A DNA stretch of 61,263 nucleotides from a virus (Duplodnaviria > Caudoviricetes): IMG/VR virus record IMGVR_UViG_3300045432_000021, positions 1 to 61,263 of that record; one strand, 5' to 3'. Below the pieces are notes generated by a model. It saw only the letters and a program-made list of their open reading frames with translations. It was not told the origin of the DNA and searched no databases. This document shows, one piece after another, positions 30,345 through 40,600 of the stretch. How positions within the stretch are numbered: position 1 is the first letter of the stretch; each line of letters opens with the position of its first letter. The translations under genes were made by a program, and so were the position numbers.

Positions 30345-30761
30345 ATGTACCAATATAAATGTACTATAGTTGAAGTCACAGATGGCGACACTATAAAAGT
30401 AAATATCGATGTTGGTTTTAATACTTGGATAAATAATGTAGTTATTAGACTGCAGGGAGTAGATACACCAGAAAGTAGAACTGTTAACGCTACAGAAAAA
30501 GCTTTCGGGGTCGCTAGTAAAGAATACATAAAAAAAATGCTACCCGAAGGTAGCAAGCATGTAGTAACAACTACAATTGATGACAAGTATGGAAGGGTAC
30601 TCGGTGACTTTCTTATAGAGGGTAAGTCATTATGTGAGATGATTGTAAAGGAGGGATATGGCGTGCCATATAAAGGTCAAAATAAATCAGATATTAAAGA
30701 CCTACACTTAGCTAATAGAGCAAAGTTAATAAAAGAAGGTAAAGTTAAGTTACCTTCTTAG
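30345..30761 (+). CDS. thermonuclease (SNase) family protein
   Basis: VTDGDTI, IRLQGVDTPE, DKYGRVLG. Confidence 0.9.
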   Translation: MYQYKCTIVEVTDGDTIKVNIDVGFNTWINNVVIRLQGVDTPESRTVNATEKAFGVASKEYIKKMLPEGSKHVVTTTIDDKYGRVLGDFLIEGKSLCEMIVKEGYGVPYKGQNKSDIKDLHLANRAKLIKEGKVKLPS

Positions 30762-31717
30762 CAATGCTCTAGATGAATTGTACAAGCAAAGAAGTTAATC
30801 TCTTTATCAATTACAAAGCTACTCTCGTATAAATGCTTTGCAATAGTAGCAATCATACTCTTCTTACTCAAATCGCCATGATCTTTATCCCAGACGCCTA
30901 GATCTTTATCATAGATAAAGTTAAGATATTCAATGAGTAAGTTATCATAATCTCCATTGAATCTACTCTCATTCTCAATGAGAAACTTACGTAGCTCAAT
31001 AGTCTTCTTATTTTTAATATGATTAAAGATAGATTCGAGTAACTCACTATCCAACTTAGTATTAACGATAGACAAGTTACCACTAATAACGTTTTTCTGT
31101 AATTCATTAATAGTCTTTCGAAGGTCAGGGAAGTTAGCCTTAACTAAGTCTACAAATTTCTTCTTCTGCTCATCGCTAACATTAACTTTTTCTAGCTTAA
31201 GAATATTATAGCACCTACGTACTGCTTCTTCGATAGTAGGGGTAATATCAAGTGCTTGACATCTAGATTGTAAAGCAGGAATAATCTTATGCTTATAATT
31301 AGCTGTAAGAATAAATCGGGTATACTGTGAGTATGACTCCATTGTATTGCGCAAAGCAGCTTGCGCACTAATAGAGAGGAAGTCACACTCATCTAGTACT
31401 ACCATTTTAATCTTGCCATCGAATGACTTAGTCTGAGCAAACGTAGATACTTTATGTCTGATGGTATCAATACCAGATTCATCTGAAGCGTTAATGTAAA
31501 GATAACTACACTTAAGAATATCATTAACAATAATCTTAGCTAGTGAACTCTTACCAGTTCCAGGGGTATTAGCGAAGAGCAAATTAGGTATCTCATCTCC
31601 GAAACCTGATATAATCTCACGTGTTCTAACCGGTAGAATGATATCTTCTAGAGACTTCGGCCTATACCGCTCGACCCATAATCCCTTGATTGATTCTGTT
31701 ATTGAATTGCTATCCAT
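30758..31717 (-). CDS. clamp loader subunit, T4 gp44 / RFC small-subunit-like
   Basis: LWVERYRPK, Walker A PGTGKS, INASDESGID, VLDECD, AQAALR, ALQSRC, FPDLRKTIN. Confidence 0.93.
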   Translation of the reverse strand: MDSNSITESIKGLWVERYRPKSLEDIILPVRTREIISGFGDEIPNLLFANTPGTGKSSLAKIIVNDILKCSYLYINASDESGIDTIRHKVSTFAQTKSFDGKIKMVVLDECDFLSISAQAALRNTMESYSQYTRFILTANYKHKIIPALQSRCQALDITPTIEEAVRRCYNILKLEKVNVSDEQKKKFVDLVKANFPDLRKTINELQKNVISGNLSIVNTKLDSELLESIFNHIKNKKTIELRKFLIENESRFNGDYDNLLIEYLNFIYDKDLGVWDKDHGDLSKKSMIATIAKHLYESSFVIDKEINFFACTIHLEHC

Positions 31718-31723
31718 GATATA

Positions 31724-32179
31724 TTATTTGCCTGATGAACCCTGACCGTTAGCGCCTCGTTCGCTCTCAACTACAGTATAGGTCCATTCAAATTTTGGTT
31801 GTATTAGTTTATGAAATTCGATTTGCGCGATTCTATCTCCAACACTAACTTGGTAATCTTTATCACTAAAATTATAGAGTAAAACACCTAGATCGCCACG
31901 ATATTGATTATCAATTCTACCGAGATGAGGTTGAATTTGATGCTTAAATCCTAAGCCTGACCTAGGTGATATAATAAAATAATATCCAGGTTCGATATAA
32001 CCTACAGTTAGTCCTACAGCAACTACCGCTGATCCTTTAGCAGGGATAACTAGCTCTGCCACACTATAAAGATCGGCGCCAATATCACCGGTCAAAGGGT
32101 CGCTAATATTAAACTTAGGTAACTGAGCGCTTTCATGAGTTTTTACAAACTGTACTAATGGTTGTGTTTCTGTATTCAT
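31724..32179 (-). CDS. dut: dUTPase (trimeric)
   Basis: GADL, PRSGLG, GRIDNQYRGDL, GDRIAQ, RGANGQGSSG. Confidence 0.95.
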   Translation of the reverse strand: MNTETQPLVQFVKTHESAQLPKFNISDPLTGDIGADLYSVAELVIPAKGSAVVAVGLTVGYIEPGYYFIISPRSGLGFKHQIQPHLGRIDNQYRGDLGVLLYNFSDKDYQVSVGDRIAQIEFHKLIQPKFEWTYTVVESERGANGQGSSGK

Positions 32180-32181
32180 AC

Positions 32182-32218
32182 TATACTATCATTATAGTAG
32201 TTGAATCAAACTAATCAA
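32182..32218 (-). promoter_or_regulatory. sigma70-like promoter for dut-gp44
   Basis: Minus strand reads TTGATT-N16-TATAAT upstream of the dut ATG. Confidence 0.5.
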
Positions 32219-32233
32219 GCCTAAATAGTTTTA

Positions 32234-32668
32234 ATGAATGAAGAGTTAGATGAAGCTGTCAATGATATTTTGTCACAGCTAAAAAATACTACAGTAATTA
32301 AACAGACGCCGGTAACTGATACTCTAACTAAGGAAAAGTTAGAAGAGTTTCTAATCAAGAACTCTGGTAAGTTAGTTACAGACTCTATTAATTTAATAGA
32401 TGATATGAGAGACTTTGTAGGAACTGCAGATGCAGACCCTGATTCAATATCCGCACTTGCGGAATTAATTAAAGCTGCTTCCTCTGCAGTTGACACTCTC
32501 AATAAGATCTACATATCTGATGAAAGAAATAAGAATCAAGTCAAGATTAAAACTATGGATATTGAGTCTAAGGAAAAATTAAGTATAATGGATAATCAAA
32601 CCAAAGTACTTCTCTCAAGAGAGGATATAATGAAAGCTATTATAGATAAAGAAGTTATCGATATTTAA
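32234..32668 (+). CDS. putative terminase small subunit, T4 gp16-like
   Basis: Helical ADPDSISALAELIKAASSAVDTLNKI and C-terminal VLLSREDIMKAI echo gp16 ADSPRHMEVFATLM and VFMGSPTELM; late box upstream. Confidence 0.5.
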   Translation: MNEELDEAVNDILSQLKNTTVIKQTPVTDTLTKEKLEEFLIKNSGKLVTDSINLIDDMRDFVGTADADPDSISALAELIKAASSAVDTLNKIYISDERNKNQVKIKTMDIESKEKLSIMDNQTKVLLSREDIMKAIIDKEVIDI

Positions 32669-34407
32669 GCTTTTCCAGCTAATGCAGCTGTTACCTGATC
32701 TTTAGTGCCAACGCAAAATCTTACTCTCATTTCTCCAACATCAGGTAAACTTGCAGCGAATACTCGCTTCCAGCCGCCAGGTACAAATTCTAAAGTACGT
32801 CCAGGTACCGGTTTGACTCCTGTTATTTTGTAAAAGGCGTACGGGGTAAAATCTATGATTTTATTGCCACCTTTTGCGGCGCCCTTACGATCAATACATT
32901 GTACTAATTCATAGGGCTTGCCTTTGAACGACACAGCAGCAAATACTTGATTATTACGAGCAAGTCTGCCGAAGTCTGAAAGCTTCAATTTAAGACCTGA
33001 TTCAGAGATTATTACTTCACTTATAGCTACTCCATGATTAAATGCGTTGAGTTTATATTGAGTAAGGTCTAAATTATTCACAGCAGCTCGCGTATAACCA
33101 GAGGATGAACCTCCTTGTCCATTTAAATATTGATCTATTAAAACATGATCTCTTTCCCCTGCCATACTAGGAGTGAGTACCTTACCTATGTTAGCAGTAC
33201 CTTCAAGAGTATGTATGTCATCTGGAGTCTCGTCATAAGAGTCTGTCCATACTATCTTGTCCTCGTCATCCTTCCATGCAGCAAAAACAGTAAATCTAAA
33301 ATCGGGACCCTTAATATAACTACGAGCTATTACTGGTTCGCTTACAAACACTTGATCAGTATAAGGCACAGCTGGGGGAGAGACTTCATTTAAATTAAGA
33401 TTATCATTAGTCTCAGGAGCCACTCTGTCAGATTGACCCACTGAATTAAAAGCTGTGGGAGTACCGTTGACACTCCCTATTGTAGGAGTCTTATTAACTT
33501 GAGATAGATTCTGAGATGAATCATAACCGTTATATCTAACTGAGTATTCATACTTCGTGAAGCTACCTCCAAGATTAGATGCTATCTCGCCTAGTATATT
33601 TGATGATAGGGTATTAATATCAAAATAAGTTTTTAAATCTGGAGTATATCTATAGTTATTAGGAGTTGATCTAAGTGATTGACCACTAGCAGCCTTCTGA
33701 ATAAAGAGAGGTTTATCAGGTTCATCTACTAAAGCCCCTTGTATAGCACCCCATGTATCACTGCAAGCCTTAGAAACCTCTGTTATACCATCCTGGAAAG
33801 CTTTTGGAATCTTATTAAACACAGACATATCCATTCCATTTGTAATACTAATCATGGAATCTTTTAGTTCGTCAAGCGATAGCATCGATGTGCTAGTTGC
33901 GGAAGGTATAACTTGTGTTATCTTACCAATACTAGGTGATGGCGAACTAAAAACATTAAACGGAGCATACAAGCAATCCTTTAAAGCATTTTTTAGACTT
34001 TTATAAAAAGCTATATTACTCGGCGATACATCATTTACAAAGAAGTTATCTGACTCACCAGTCTCATTACCCTCGGCTGTTGTGGGTAGTTTATCAATAT
34101 TTGCAAAAATATATTCTACTCTCTTTATCTCATCTTTAAAAATAGGATAGTTATTAATTTTGCGTACATAAAAATTTATAGTTGCAGGATCAATATAACT
34201 ACTACATAATATAAAGGTATTTGTAAAGGTCTCTCTTGCCTTTAAATTACCATTTATAGCTTTATTAAAGTTTATAGCTAATTCAAAATCTAATTGTAAA
34301 TCAGGATCGTCTAGTAACTCACACAAAGTTGTATCGAACTTTATAAACTCTCTACTCAGAGCATATCCAAACAGCTTTTCAGCTAAATTAGATTTATATA
34401 TTATCAT
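32665..34407 (-). CDS. baseplate-associated protein with C-terminal RlpA-like double-psi beta-barrel
   Basis: VQCIDRKGAAKGGNKIIDFTPYAFYKI matches the DPBB VxVxDRGP...IIDLS..AF..I pattern; follows the hub gene. Confidence 0.5.
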   Translation of the reverse strand: MIIYKSNLAEKLFGYALSREFIKFDTTLCELLDDPDLQLDFELAINFNKAINGNLKARETFTNTFILCSSYIDPATINFYVRKINNYPIFKDEIKRVEYIFANIDKLPTTAEGNETGESDNFFVNDVSPSNIAFYKSLKNALKDCLYAPFNVFSSPSPSIGKITQVIPSATSTSMLSLDELKDSMISITNGMDMSVFNKIPKAFQDGITEVSKACSDTWGAIQGALVDEPDKPLFIQKAASGQSLRSTPNNYRYTPDLKTYFDINTLSSNILGEIASNLGGSFTKYEYSVRYNGYDSSQNLSQVNKTPTIGSVNGTPTAFNSVGQSDRVAPETNDNLNLNEVSPPAVPYTDQVFVSEPVIARSYIKGPDFRFTVFAAWKDDEDKIVWTDSYDETPDDIHTLEGTANIGKVLTPSMAGERDHVLIDQYLNGQGGSSSGYTRAAVNNLDLTQYKLNAFNHGVAISEVIISESGLKLKLSDFGRLARNNQVFAAVSFKGKPYELVQCIDRKGAAKGGNKIIDFTPYAFYKITGVKPVPGRTLEFVPGGWKRVFAASLPDVGEMRVRFCVGTKDQVTAALAGKA

Positions 34408-34445
34408 GTTATTTATTTAACTGATTATAACTAGAATTATACCAT

Positions 34446-36104
34446 CTACTCAATAAATGGCGCACCTTCAGGAATTGGTACCTCTAGATTAGCATCTGTA
34501 ACTACTGTAGGGTCTGACGATTCTGCAGTATCTGGTACTGGTTCTCCTTGCGAGATATCAGGTAGAAGACTTGTGTCTATAACGTCATCATCATTCTCAG
34601 ACGACTCGGGCAGGTCTGGTGAATTATTATTGCTATTATTAGGTTCTATAAAATCTGTATTATTAGTTCTAGTCGATGGAGCAACGTTATTAGTAGCAGC
34701 AGAGTTTACTTTCTGTACTACATCGGCTTTCACTAAACCATTTTTATCTTCAATAAAGATTTTAACTGCTGTTATTTCATTACTGTATATTTCATTTGAA
34801 AAGATATGCTTTATACCTATAACAAACCAATATCCAGTTGCTGATGAGTCTCTATCTCCTTCATAACCTCCGTTTAATTTAATAAATCTTCCTGGCTTAC
34901 GATACGGGTTTCCTGTTGTACTAAATATAACAGCTGTATTATCATAAATAAAACTCTTGTATAACATCGAAGTAATGCCATCTTCAAGTAAATTCTCATC
35001 ATCAAGAATTTTATAATCAAACGCTAATATTTTTTCAACAGAATTGTCATCTTTTATATCTACTCTTGTAGGCAAATTACTAAGCTTATTTTCAAGAGCA
35101 TCTTGCTGGAAACCCTCTCTTAAACTTTTATACTTAACATCGACTCCAATAACATCGGTAAGATTTAATAGCGATGTTACTCCTGTGTAATTCACCCACT
35201 TTTCTTCGTACAAATATTTAAAATCCGGTCTTATGACGGTTACATTTTCTATGTTATTTTCACGATACGAAGGCGCGTTGGATTCACCACCTATAGTAAA
35301 TTGCTCTAATACCTCTTCAGTTAAATTCTTATTATTAGTCTCAAGCTTACTGATTAAACTTCTTATTTTCTCGAATAAAGGTATAATCCTAAACTTTCTA
35401 ATAACAGCTTTTTTATTTTGGTTTCTTTCTTCTACAAAATTTTCTAATTGCAATAATCCTGGACTTTTTTTATCACCGGTTAAAAGCAAATACTTATATA
35501 GTAGTTTTAAAAAGTCGTAATAGCTGTTACTCTTTAATATAGAAGCATCAACACTCATTTCATTACTACTCTCTCTGTGTGTTTCAAAGCTAGCTTTATC
35601 AATAATATCTTCATTATTAAAGCATTTCAATAATAAGTTATATATAGAATCTGTTATCTTGCCACTAGCCTTTAATTCAGAAGGCTCGAGCTTTTTCTGT
35701 CTAAGTAGATTTATAGAGTATTCCTCGAAGTTATATATAGCGCTCTTGTCAATAGGGTTAGGAGATGGCTCTGTATTATTCTGTAGTATAGTTAGAGCTT
35801 GTAAAGAGTTATCCTGTAAATTAGTTTCTTTAAAATCTAAGTTTTCTATATTAATATCAAAGAGAGATGTACTGTCATTAACACCAGATCCTAAACCTAA
35901 CTTATCTAATATACCATAAAAATTATTAAAGACAACCGTTCCTACAAATCCCATATTAGCAAGATTGTCATCTATCTCTAGATACTTTACAATACCTTTT
36001 GGCAAAGGTATAAACTTATTAGTTTTAGTATCACCGGTTAGTTTTGATATAGAGAAATTAAACCGATAAACACTATTCTTGATATTAGATAAGTTATCGT
36101 TCAT
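34446..36104 (-). CDS. baseplate hub protein, gp27-like
   Basis: C-terminal GNPYRKPGRFI...GYWFVIGIKHIF...NEITAVK typical of gp27/VgrG-like hubs; acidic disordered tail. Confidence 0.65.
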   Translation of the reverse strand: MNDNLSNIKNSVYRFNFSISKLTGDTKTNKFIPLPKGIVKYLEIDDNLANMGFVGTVVFNNFYGILDKLGLGSGVNDSTSLFDINIENLDFKETNLQDNSLQALTILQNNTEPSPNPIDKSAIYNFEEYSINLLRQKKLEPSELKASGKITDSIYNLLLKCFNNEDIIDKASFETHRESSNEMSVDASILKSNSYYDFLKLLYKYLLLTGDKKSPGLLQLENFVEERNQNKKAVIRKFRIIPLFEKIRSLISKLETNNKNLTEEVLEQFTIGGESNAPSYRENNIENVTVIRPDFKYLYEEKWVNYTGVTSLLNLTDVIGVDVKYKSLREGFQQDALENKLSNLPTRVDIKDDNSVEKILAFDYKILDDENLLEDGITSMLYKSFIYDNTAVIFSTTGNPYRKPGRFIKLNGGYEGDRDSSATGYWFVIGIKHIFSNEIYSNEITAVKIFIEDKNGLVKADVVQKVNSAATNNVAPSTRTNNTDFIEPNNSNNNSPDLPESSENDDDVIDTSLLPDISQGEPVPDTAESSDPTVVTDANLEVPIPEGAPFIE

Positions 36105-36481
36105 GCATTTATTTGTTGCTCTATATTAGTTAATACATTATCAATAAACCCTGGCTTTATATATCTATATGATTCGCCACTTTTAGCAAGAAATATATCC
36201 TTAGGCTTATTAATAATAAATATTAACCACCATAGATCTATTGTACCATACAATCTAAATGAGAGAGTCGTCCAGGCAGTATTAACATTTGGTGTTATAA
36301 CATTGAAAATACTATCATCAAGATCATCAGGTATCATAATCTTGTTGTTTATATTATAAAAGTAATAGCTATTATCTTTATCTTTTAATAGTTTAAAAAC
36401 TTTAAAAATATTTTCATACCTAGTTCTGGTGAGACTAGGTAGATCTGTTACTTGATTTTGACTTAAGCCTATAGGGTTCAT
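36101..36481 (-). CDS. baseplate wedge protein, gp53-like (LysM-like)
   Basis: WTTLSFRLYGTIDLWWLIFIIN. Confidence 0.8.
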   Translation of the reverse strand: MNPIGLSQNQVTDLPSLTRTRYENIFKVFKLLKDKDNSYYFYNINNKIMIPDDLDDSIFNVITPNVNTAWTTLSFRLYGTIDLWWLIFIINKPKDIFLAKSGESYRYIKPGFIDNVLTNIEQQINA

Positions 36482-36501
36482 TAAATTATATGGTTAAGTA
36501 T

Positions 36502-37632
36502 TTATAGAGTACCAGTTCTAATCTTACGACCTGTGAAGCCAGAATTAATCATTGTATTAGCTACATCAGCTAATAAACTTGTAAAAGTTAAGGTTACTAT
36601 ATATGCATCAGGTATAGAAGTCTCAACAGTTCTACTAACAGATGGGGTAGGTCCCTCCTGACCATCTAAGTTTTTTAAATCAGCTGCACCTAATAATTGA
36701 GGAATAGTGACTGGTAAATTACGTCGGGTCCCTTGGAAGTTAATTTCCATATTACTAATATAGCTGTACGGCATATAAATTTGTCCAGGTATAGTTAAGT
36801 TGTATAGCTTAGGAGGTGAGATGCGTGAGAAGGAAGTTCTAAAAGGTTTATTTTGAAAAGCTAGAATCCATAAAAATTCATAGTTTTGCTGATAGGAGAG
36901 CTTATCTGTCTTCTTAACAGTATTATATAGAGGAAAGCTAACAGTTACACTTTCACCTTCAGTACTATATTGAAAATATTTCGGCTTTTCGATAAAAGTT
37001 CCAGGCTGGGTTATGTTGAATAAAGCTGCTGTTTGCTCTACACCGCTTTGTGCTAAATCTATATTCTGTTTAATACCGTCACTTAAAAAACCAGAGTCAG
37101 AATTCCAAGTGCTTTTTGCTCTTAAGGGAGTCTCATTAAAGAAAGGTAGAGAGTAATTAAATCCAGTTGGCTTTGTTAGGTATATACCAATATAGGATTT
37201 TAACTTATCATCTAATAACCCTTCATCACTACCTGTATCGGCTTTTATTTTGTTTAATAATGTTTCTAAGAAATTATCTGTAAGATTATAGGTTGGACCT
37301 AGTGACATTGCACCTATTAAGGAATCTAACTTAGTTTTCAGCGTACTGAGGGTTTCTTGATTATTTATACCTGTTTTAAAAGCATTAATATAATATAATG
37401 CAGAAGATATTAACGAGTTTTGTAATTGTTCTCTTTCTTGCAAGTACATAACAGGTACCTTTTTAAGCGCTGCTAGATTATGAGGTGATATTGTCCATGC
37501 AAAATCACTGACAACATCAATAATGGTGCCAGTCGAGACTAGCTTTACAAGAGGGTCAGTATTCTGCACAGTAACACCAAGTATTGATGTAGAGGTCTCT
37601 TCCGTAGTAGTTGCGTAGTATGGTCCTGCCAT
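36502..37632 (-). CDS. baseplate tail-tube cap/initiator, gp48-like
   Basis: VSFPLYNT...PPKLYNLTIPG...YISNMEINF; lies between the tape measure gene and gp53. Confidence 0.55.
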   Translation of the reverse strand: MAGPYYATTTEETSTSILGVTVQNTDPLVKLVSTGTIIDVVSDFAWTISPHNLAALKKVPVMYLQEREQLQNSLISSALYYINAFKTGINNQETLSTLKTKLDSLIGAMSLGPTYNLTDNFLETLLNKIKADTGSDEGLLDDKLKSYIGIYLTKPTGFNYSLPFFNETPLRAKSTWNSDSGFLSDGIKQNIDLAQSGVEQTAALFNITQPGTFIEKPKYFQYSTEGESVTVSFPLYNTVKKTDKLSYQQNYEFLWILAFQNKPFRTSFSRISPPKLYNLTIPGQIYMPYSYISNMEINFQGTRRNLPVTIPQLLGAADLKNLDGQEGPTPSVSRTVETSIPDAYIVTLTFTSLLADVANTMINSGFTGRKIRTGTL

Positions 37633-37633
37633 T

Positions 37634-40600
37634 TTAGATAGTAGCTATATTGTTCATGGAATCAAACTCAGACCTAAGATTAAATGGAGTCAAAGATGGT
37701 CTTGTTTCTTTTTTTCTGCCTCCAGTTGTATTATTGTAATTATTATTAATATTGTTAGTTTCCTTAGCTATTAGAGCTTTTATTCCTTCTCTAATCTCCT
37801 CTAATACTTTTACTTGTCGTGTAGCTATGCTAAATTGCTTATCATTAGTCGAAGTAATACTTGATACAAGGTTATTAAAAGAGTTTTCTGCTTTCTTACC
37901 TAATACTTCACTCTTGTTTTTAAAGCTATATACTCTATCTTTTACTTCTCTAGAAGCAAGATCAACAGTCTTTTTAACTGTAGCTGGCATTGAGTTGACT
38001 TTTAAGTTAATATTAGGTACTATCTCCTTTATATTATTAACTACTTTACTAGCTCTAGTAGATACCGCACTACTCGCTTCTCTGACAACTTTAATTGTAG
38101 TCTCTTTTGCGTTCTTAAACATATTAGGTAGTTCAGGAATTATTTTTTTAATATTATCTACCTGTCTCGATGCCTTAATAGGTAACTCATTAATTATTTT
38201 TTTAATATTATTAAATTGGCTCGAAATTACATTATACTGCTTATCTTTGGTTGCTATTATACTTGATATTAAATTGTTAATAGCTCCACCAGCTTTCATG
38301 CCTAGAACTTCATCTTTGTCATTAAATTTATATACCTTATTATCCTTAACTAAGAAGTCCTGTAACTCTTCTTCTTTAATAGGAGAATCTACAAGAAGTT
38401 TACCTATAGCTCTAGTCCATTCAGGCTTTATTAAGAGATCTGTTACTACTTTAGCACCTAATCTACCTACTGCATCACCTAATAGACCTCCAGCAAGAGT
38501 ACCTAGACCTCCTGCTAGGGTAGCAGCTCCTCCTGTAAATAGATTCGCAGCAGCAGCACCAGCTGCACCACCAAGTAACCCAGCTATACCTTGACTTAAT
38601 CTTTGGCCAGCTAGAAAATATAATTCGTCATCAGACTTTATCTGATTACTTGCTCTCATTTTCTTATATTCCTCTATTTGACCTCTACCAAAGAAAAGCT
38701 CTGTAAGAGGTCCAACTATAGGTAATTTAGTACTTACGAATTTGGAAGCTTTAGCTAGCTTCTTTATTACCCCTCTTGGGCCACCTAGTTCTGCGCTCGC
38801 TCTAGAAAATACACCTGCGAGATACGCCTTTAAAGGCTCTATAGCAGCAGTCTTAACTGCTGAAGCAGCTCTACCAGCACCCGCCACCACAGCAGAAGCA
38901 GCCTTACTAGCGCCTGAACGCACTGCTGAGGCACCCTTACTGACACTAGATGTAGCCGCGGCGGCACCTGACTTAATAAAATCAATTACCTTATTAGCTC
39001 TAGACGGTAAGGCGCTTTGTGCACTAGACATTACCTTACTAGCGCCTGAACGCACTGCTGAGGCACCTGCTTTAGCTAGCTCAGCACCCTTACCAGCAAC
39101 TGATGTAACAGCTGAAGCAGCTTTACTAGCGCCTGATGCAACTGCTGAGGCACCTGCTTTAGCGAGCTGTGCAGCCTTATCTGTTGCAGCAGATAAAATA
39201 CCCTTTGCACCCTCAACTATCCTAGTTAATCCGTTATTTATACTTTGACTAAGAGTAGTTATAGTATCATCTAAAGCAGATTTAAATTTATCTTTTAATT
39301 TAATTAACCCCTGACCAAGAGTAGACACAACATCGTCAAACACTGGTTTAATTTTATCTTTCAATTTGCCAAATATAGACTCTAAATCTAATACTCTACT
39401 AATTGAAGATGCTGCATTAGATAATGTTTTGCGAATTGAATCTATTTTTCCTTTAAGGGCATCTTTAATTGTAGATGCAGCTGCTCCTATTCTGGTTCCA
39501 ATAGAAGATAAAGCAGGACCTACTGTTCTATTGAATAAAGATAGAGTTCTTGATACAAGTGGACCTAGTGATTTTACCGTTCTATATAACGACTGTACTA
39601 TACCTGAAAAATTATTATTTAAAAGATCATAAGCTAGTGTAAGACCTATAAGACCTTTAAGTAAGCTATCAATATCGATAGGGGTACCTCGTGATTCAGG
39701 CTTGCTACCCGAGTCAAGTTTCTTAGAGGTAACATCCTTTGCCGTTGCAGGTAGAGTCTTGCTAAATACTTTATTATCTGTGGTATCTAACTTTAATCTG
39801 TTAGCTTCAGGGCCTTTAGAAAATTTTCCTATCTCTAGGACACTACCTAAAATTTCGAATATTATTTTATATTTTTGCTTTTCTGACTCTGTTACTGTAT
39901 TGCTAACTACTAATTTTGTTTCGTTGACAGGAGCTGTAAGAGCTTTATTGTTTACTACTTCACCAACAATAGGTGCTAAAGCAGTCTCAGGTGCTTTATT
40001 TTTGTCTATTTCAGCTACTGCTTTAGCCGTACCAGGTAATTTACCTATAATTTTATTTATAGTTTGATTATTAACTATAAACGTTTTTAAGGATCTAGCT
40101 ATATCTTTAACTCTACTCGAATTAACAGGTTCTACAGCTTCCTTTGGATCTATATCTCTTACCTTATCTACGGCTTTATTAATAGCTGCAGGTAATGTTA
40201 CTGTTTTTAATAAAATTTCCTTTACTTTATTAGTAACATTATTAGTCTTAGTAACATTATTAGTCTTAGTAACATTATTAGTCTTAGTAACATTATTAGT
40301 CTTAGTAACATTATTAGGTGTTACTACAGCGGCTTTAGGAGCTTTATCTACAGCCTTGTCAACTGCTTTATTAGCTACAGGCAATGATATAATTTTAGGT
40401 ATTACTTCTTTGAAATTATTAACTATCTTATTTAAAGTTGTAGAAGGTGCTATTGATTTTGGAGGAACACTCTGCACTTTAACTTCTGCTTTATTAACAA
40501 TATCAGCTTTTAAAATGCGATTGCTTTCTCTTTCATAAGGTTTATAGTTTATAACTTTTAAACTCTGACCTTTTACGGTTTTTTCTAAAGCCTTAAAATC

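Noticed and set aside
40230-40317. CRISPR-like array
   Set aside because: The repeats are contiguous with no spacers and are in frame within a CDS.
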